DNA of 64,000 nt from Octopus sinensis. Its lineage: Eukaryota. This document shows, piece after piece, positions 63,531-64,000 of this stretch. A program made the position numbers and the translations under genes. Where the stretch lies: positions 104,842,001 through 104,906,000 of the forward strand of contig NC_043003.1 in the NCBI RefSeq assembly GCF_006345805.1, read 5' to 3'. The notes below the pieces were generated by a model. That model ran no database searches, was not told the DNA's origin, and was given only the letters and a program-made list of their open reading frames with translations. Position 1 is the first letter of the stretch, and the number at the start of each line of letters is the position of its first letter.

Positions 63531-64000
63531 ATGGTCATATGTGTATTTACATCAGGATCACTGACCCTTGTAGGGTACTTGCCATGCAATGCCTTGTTTT
63601 TTCCATGTGTTTCACAGCACTGAGCCCTTCTCTTTCATCAAGATGCCCCTCAGTCTTGTTAATCCTCAGTTCCTGGACATACTTCTTTGCTTTTTCTGAT
63701 ATTTTTTTTACTTGTTTCTGTCATTAGACTATGGCCATGCTGGGGAACCGCCTTGAATACCATTCTTTTTTTTGAATTTTCATATTTCACATTCGATGAC
63801 ATCCGTACTAGAGGGGTGCAAAGAGCACCATCCGAGCATGATCGTTGCCAGCGCAGCCATGCCGGTGGTACGTAAAAGGGCACCATTCGAGTGTGATCGT
63901 TACCAGCGTTGCCTTACTGGCACTTGTGCCCGTGCTAGTAGGGTGCCAAGAGCACCATCCGAGCGTGATCGTTGCCAGAGCAGCCAACTGGCTTCTGTGC

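Overview
AT-rich, repeat-dense animal DNA; the SINE/RTE families and microsatellite load point to an octopus (inference). There is one 100-N gap at 32179-32278. The window appears to lie inside one + strand host gene that the ORF track largely misses. Three spliced exons (10287-10599, 53812-53875, 62702-62783) join in frame to give the N-terminal cytoplasmic region of a transmembrane channel-like (TMC, TMC7-like) protein, separated by introns of about 43 kb and 8.8 kb. The introns are filled with decayed TEs: Gypsy, RTE, Penelope-like (PLE), REL-endonuclease LINEs, mariners, Helitrons, Merlin, piggyBac/Merlin-type MITEs and tRNA-derived SINEs. Main observations: (1) several distinct type I hammerhead ribozymes at PLE-derived ends next to (TA)n tracts, often in fold-backs, including one with an intact core in the sense orientation of the TMC pre-mRNA; (2) an NRF1/ETS promoter-like cluster and an ATG-only candidate first exon inside the TMC intron, in the right phase for an N-truncated isoform; (3) a genomic Lys codon at the conserved TMC Glu, which one A-to-I edit would restore; (4) a tRNA-head/hammerhead composite at a PLE 3' end; (5) tandem ORF1-only (HAL1-like) elements. 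All family assignments rest on motifs recalled from family knowledge, not on database searches.
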